Of a DNA stretch of 64,000 nucleotides, positions 59,570 to 64,000 are shown piece after piece. Origin of the DNA: Macrostomum lignano. Lineage: Eukaryota. The notes under the pieces are model-generated. The model saw only the letters and a list, made by a program, of their open reading frames with translations, was not told where the DNA came from and made no database searches. Position numbers and translations under genes: made by a program. The stretch lies in contig NIVC01000617.1 of NCBI GenBank assembly GCA_002269645.1, positions 372,001-436,000 of the forward strand. Reading direction: 5' to 3'. Positions within the stretch are counted from its first letter, which is position 1, and each line of letters starts with the position of its first letter.

Positions 59570-60287
59570 CCGCCAGTTTTTCACGCCCCGGGCAAGGCGT
59601 AAAACTACCTCCTGTGGCACCTGCCGGCCACAGGTCACTGCGGCACCTGTAGACCGCAAGCTCACGCCCCGGGCAAGGCGTAAAACTACCTCCTGTGGCA
59701 CCTGCCGGCCACAGGTCACTGCGGCATTTGCCAGCCACAGACCACAAAACACAAGCCACAAGCCAAACTAGTTAATTCAAAAGTAAACTAACTTAAAATT
59801 AATTCATAAAGCACTTTATGGTCAAAATATAATTATGACATGAATATTATAAATATAAAAGTTGTCAAAAATATTCTGTAGTAGTTCTCTGCCTGCATCG
59901 GCGTTGCCATAGTCTATAAGGTACACAAGGGCGCGCATGCCCCTGTAAGCCTAATATGACGACAATATGAATAATATATAAATAGTGATGGCATGAATAG
60001 TATAAACATTATAGCAATGGCAAAAATAATTAAAATAATTGATAGCTTAGAATAATCCTATTGCACCCGTTCGGTGTTGCCGAAGTCGATGAAATGTATA
60101 AGTGCGTCATCTCTGACGTTAATACTTCAAAACCATGTGATGTGCAATATACGGTTGGTAATTGAGCATAACTACTGGCGACGAATAAAACTCATAAATA
60201 ACTCAAAAAGAAAATAAAAACTGAAAAAAAAGCCATTGAAAACTCGGAAAAAATGCATATAGGAATATAGCTAGCTCAGTTCGCTAC

Positions 60288-60873
60288 TCAGCCTATTGAC
60301 GAGTGCAGCGTAACGCTGCGCAGCTGGCTGATCAGGTCAGCGTCGTTTACTTCAAAAATCAGCTGCAGTTTATCATTAAATTTAGCAAATTTCGTGGGTG
60401 TCCGAATAATCATAGGTATATATATCTTGTGTGGGGTAAAAGTAAGCACTATGCACATACACACACACCGCACGCACGCTCTCTCTGCCTTTGGCGCGTA
60501 GCGCCATCCTCTGCCTTGGCGCGTTGCGCCGTTCCTGCCTGGCGCGTAGCGCCATCCTCTGCCTTGGCGCGTGGCGCCGTTCTCTGCCTTGGCGCGTGGC
60601 GCCGTTCTCTGCCTGGCGCGCTGCGCCGTTCCCGCCTGGCGCGTGGCGCCGTTCTCTGCCGTGGCGCGTGGCGCCGTTTCCTGCCTTGGCGCGCTGCGCC
60701 GTTCTTTGCCTTGGCGCGCTGCGCCGTCTCCGCCTTGGGCGCTCCTGCGCCGGTTTCCTTCCGCCTTGGCGCGCCGCGTCGTGTCCCGCCGCCCTTGACG
60801 CTTGTCGTCGTTGCCCGCAGTTGTCCGGACTGTGTCTCTGTTTCGTGCCTCTGCTCTGCATCCTTTGCCTCAT
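60288..60873 (-). CDS. Putative spliced antisense Arg-rich ORF inside the Gypsy 3' region (about 180 aa)
   Basis: Exon 60469-60873 (135 codons), a 43-nt GT-AG intron 60426-60468, and exon 60288-60425 in phase 0. Exon 1 is GC-rich and repetitive, so its open frame is weak evidence. Confidence 0.35.
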
Positions 60874-61320
60874 CCATCTGTCATCCTTGTTCTGTGTTTT
60901 GCCTCATCCATCGTATCACTCTGCGCGTCCGTTTGTCGTTTTTATGATCGCGCGCCGCGCGCTCTGTTCTGCGCTACTTTGTGACCATTATCATATTTTG
61001 TTATGTTTTGTAACGCCACCATACTATACTACTCGCGCTCACCGCGCTCTACTGCTCTGTAATCCACCTACCGTCTCCTTCGTAATGTTCTGTAACTTTC
61101 TGTAATCCTACCACCTGTTCTGTAATTTTGACTTCGATTATTCAGCCACTTGTAAGCCTGTGGGTTAGTAATCCCTAAGGCCTCCAGTAATCATATACTC
61201 ACATAAACTAACTCAACCCCACTGTAATTCATTCTACTGTAATTTCATATGCTGCGGTCATGCTGTGTTTCTGCCGTCACCCCGCGTGTTGGTTTTCTTT
61301 TGCGTGACCCTATCCTTTTT

Positions 61321-61335
61321 CGGAAGGGAGGCGGG
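61321..61335 (+). promoter_or_regulatory. Polypurine tract
   Basis: cggaagggaggcggg immediately precedes the 3' LTR. Confidence 0.85.
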
Positions 61336-62089
61336 TGTGACGTTGTTAGTTTAAGGTGGTCCCGAAAAGGGCCGCTGGACTATATTTTCCCTTGTAATTT
61401 CTCATATTAATTTCTCCAATAGTTTATTTTAACGTTTACTTATAGTAGAGCCCAACGATTTTGTGGCAATTTCTAATTCACTGTATATTTTGCTATCCTC
61501 TCTCGCGACCGTATAAAATTGGCACGATCGATAATTTTAAGTTCTCTCGCCAGCCAATGAAAACCACTCGTGCTTCGCGCTACCCCCTCTGCGCTCCTTT
61601 ATTAAACCCCCGCCTGGCGGCGGCACTCCTCACTCCCGTCCTTATCTGTGCTTCTCTCTTCCTCCCGGCCTGTCCTCGGCCTTGTTTTCCTTCTCTCTGT
61701 CTGGACCAGCCTGTTTGCACTGCCTGCCACTGTCTGCCACGGCTAACGCCAATCTCACCACTACGCATCTGCCACTATTGTACTCATCGCCGTTACTCAC
61801 CACGTTGCATCGTCTTGCATCACTCGCCTACCACTCAACTACAATCTCTAACTCACCTTCAATTCAAAACCATTTTTGCAGCCGCCAGTGCCCCAAAAGC
61901 GCAATAAGTTCTATATTGATATTAACCGCATCGAATATTGATCTCAACAATAATAACCAACTACGGCCAGTTTCCGGCCTTGTATGCCAAGTGCTCCGCT
62001 ACGCAAATCCGCTATCAAGACTTGACTCGATTCATTTGGGACTAAAACGGCCCTTTTAAGGGTCACGGACAACATCAAATAACGTGACA
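61336..62089 (+). repeat. 3' LTR (754 bp)
   Basis: Near-identical to the 5' LTR. Confidence 0.97.
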
Positions 62090-63244
62090 TTAATTATTCC
62101 TTTTGCTAGCCTTACTTGCTGCCACCAAAGTTGTTACAAAGCTATTTCTTCTTAACAATTTTACTGGTTGTTAATTGTAATTCTACTGGTAGCGCATGTA
62201 CTTCTATTGGTAGCGTATGTACTTCTATTGGTAGCGTATGTACTTCTATTGTACTTTCTGGCCTGAGCGGTCTAATAGCACTGTCTATTCTATTCCTATG
62301 CTTCCCCTAATATTATTCTCTCAGTCCTGGGCGTTCCCTGGATCAGAGGGTCACAGCTTATGCTCTTTCTCTGCCCTGAGGCGATCTTTCCCTCGCTCTG
62401 AGGCGGTTCTCCTGCCCTGAGGCGAATTTACTATTACTGCCCTGAGGCGATCTCTCGCTGTTAGCGATCTTCTCCCAATTTGGGGGTTATCCTTATAGAA
62501 ATGAACAATCCAAATAAGAATGCTTTAAAGACTTCTTATTGAGTGAACTTATTGCTTCAATATTATTCGAACAAGCGAATGAAGCGAGCAAGTTGCTCTT
62601 CTTGGCCCCATCTGGGCTCCTATTTATACCATTTCGTATATATATTTAAAACAAACTTTGATTTTCTACAATATTATTTGCGCACACAACGTTAAAACAA
62701 AAATATTACTTTTTGGCGGAAATTTGAATATGGTAATTTCTAAGAAAGCAATTGTTCGCGTAGACTAAAAATAAAGCCATATTTCATACTGTAAAGCAGA
62801 TATATTACACTGCCTCAGCTGCCTTCCCTACTATAGATTTTTGAACAAACATATTTATAAAATTTGTGCGTGAGAAAATATATACAGGTAATTATTACTA
62901 TGAGTAAAAACATACGTGTCTATAATGCCGCATATGTAAAAGAAACTGGCGGGAGTACCTACAAGCAAAAAGAGTATAGACATATAAACTGATACAATGT
63001 ATAAGCAATGTATAAGCACCTATAAACAATGCAAAATATTCATGAAAATTTAATACGGCAAAAAGGTGTCGCAGTATGCAAAGAAAATTGGATTTAAGCA
63101 GATTGCACAAAGATTTGGGACAAAATAACTAAAAAAGTGCTATAAAAATACAACAATGTTAATTTCTAATAAAAAGTGGAAGTACGGCTTTGTTATTAAG
63201 GCATAAAAGTTCAAATGCTAGTTAGTTCTTACAACTGTTCATGT

Positions 63245-64000
63245 TCAGAAGTTGCAGTCACGAGGCAGGTCGCGGAAGGCCGGCCAACCCAGCTGCGAAA
63301 AGAGCCAACGAATCTCGATGCCCAAAAGTTGGCGCTGGATCGGCTGGCGAGCGGCATCGATGTCGCTGCGGACCTGGCTGACGGTGTAACGCAGCAGGAT
63401 GATCGCCTCCTCGCGGGAGTAGCGGGCTCGCAGCTGCCTCAACCCTGGCCAAACGTAAGCGCGTTGCGGCAGCGCTTGGTCTAACCGTAAGTGAGCGATT
63501 TGCAGCAAATACCTTCGCAGACCATGTGTGGTACGCTCTAGCGGTGCGCCGTGCATCGCGATTAGATTTAGAGCGGCCTGCTGATAATCCCTTGCCGGCT
63601 GCTGCAGCTGCGGCGGGGGCGGCAATTGTTGCAGGGGCTGTCGAGGCGGCGACTGTCGACAGGGCTGTTGCTGTTGACGGGGCGGCGGCGGAGGCTGCTG
63701 TTGACGAGGCGGCGATGGCTGAGACGGCGGCGGCGGCTGTTGACGAGGCGGCGATGGTTGACGGCGAGGCGGCGGCGGAGGCTGCTGTTGACGAGGCGGC
63801 GATGGCTGAGACGGCGGCGGCGGCTGTTGACGAGGCGGCGATGGTTGACGGCGAGGCGGCGGCGGCGGCTGTTCGCGAGGTGGAGGCAGTGGGCGCCGTG
63901 TTGATGGACGGTGTGGCGCCACTAGCTGCACAGTGCGCCTCCCTTCCTCAGCACAGGATTTTACCACCACCAATTTGATGGGCGCCCTCGCCTGAGCTTC
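63245..64000 (-). CDS. Partial ORF running off the window: Pro/Gln/Arg-rich repeats followed by a ~115-aa unknown C-terminal domain
   Basis: The frame is open from 64000 to the stop at 63245. It has a duplicated RRQPSPPRQQPPPPSQPSPPRQQQPPPPP, then ARDYQQAALNLIAMHG...WLFSQLGWPAF. It lies just upstream of the putative PPT/LTR of the host element. Confidence 0.5.
   Translation of the reverse strand, partial: EAQARAPIKLVVVKSCAEEGRRTVQLVAPHRPSTRRPLPPPREQPPPPPRRQPSPPRQQPPPPSQPSPPRQQQPPPPPRRQPSPPRQQPPPPSQPSPPRQQQPPPPPRQQQQPCRQSPPRQPLQQLPPPPQLQQPARDYQQAALNLIAMHGAPLERTTHGLRRYLLQIAHLRLDQALPQRAYVWPGLRQLRARYSREEAIILLRYTVSQVRSDIDAARQPIQRQLLGIEIRWLFSQLGWPAFRDLPRDCNF

Larger units (their letters stand above)
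52404..62089 (+). mobile_element. Full-length Ty3/Gypsy LTR retrotransposon (9686 bp), recent insertion
   Basis: LTRs at 52404-53159 and 61336-62089 (TG...CA). By eye they differ by about 3 substitutions and 2 single-C indels. TSD TTAA at 52400-52403 and 62090-62093. PBS, PPT and an intact ORF are present. Confidence 0.97.
52333..62809 (-). mobile_element. Putative 3' LTR (about 0.79 kb, split by the Gypsy insertion) of a second LTR retrotransposon on the minus strand
   Basis: Pieces 52333-52403 and 62094-62809. On the minus strand it starts TGTAATA and ends TGTTACA, is preceded by purine-rich AGGGAAGGCAGCTGAGGCAG (62810-62830), and contains a TATAAATA box near 62620. Confidence 0.5.

Noticed and set aside
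59700-61320. env gene in the CSD-Gypsy
   Set aside because: There is no long sense ORF with a signal peptide and TM segment.

Overview
Eukaryotic (metazoan) genomic DNA with short spliceosomal introns, (CAGA)n microsatellites, polyQ/polyA tracts and many intronic minisatellites. This style suggests a free-living flatworm such as Macrostomum, which is inference only. Seven spliced host genes can be reconstructed with consistent splice phases: an F-BAR/HR1/SH3 FNBP1/CIP4-like gene (-); a small MGCxxS Pro/Gln/Tyr-rich protein (+); Smad1/5/8 (+); a PAN + F-type lectin carrying a frameshift (+); a PLP-dependent serine/threonine dehydratase or racemase-like gene (-); an LRR-TM receptor with a possible degenerate TIR domain (-); and C3orf33-like (-). 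Mobile DNA includes several MITEs with verifiable TSDs, a foldback element, two SINE families, a decayed Merlin transposon and a Penelope-type minimal hammerhead. The standout feature is a young, apparently intact 9.7-kb Ty3/Gypsy element (52404-62089) with near-identical LTRs, a TTAA TSD and a tRNA-Gln PBS. Its single Gag-Pol ORF carries a cold-shock domain between the CCHC knuckle and the protease, and its 1.7-kb 3' region may hold a spliced antisense Arg-rich ORF. It appears to be nested in the LTR of a second, opposite-strand LTR element that continues past the window edge. All exon coordinates were read by hand and no database searches were run.
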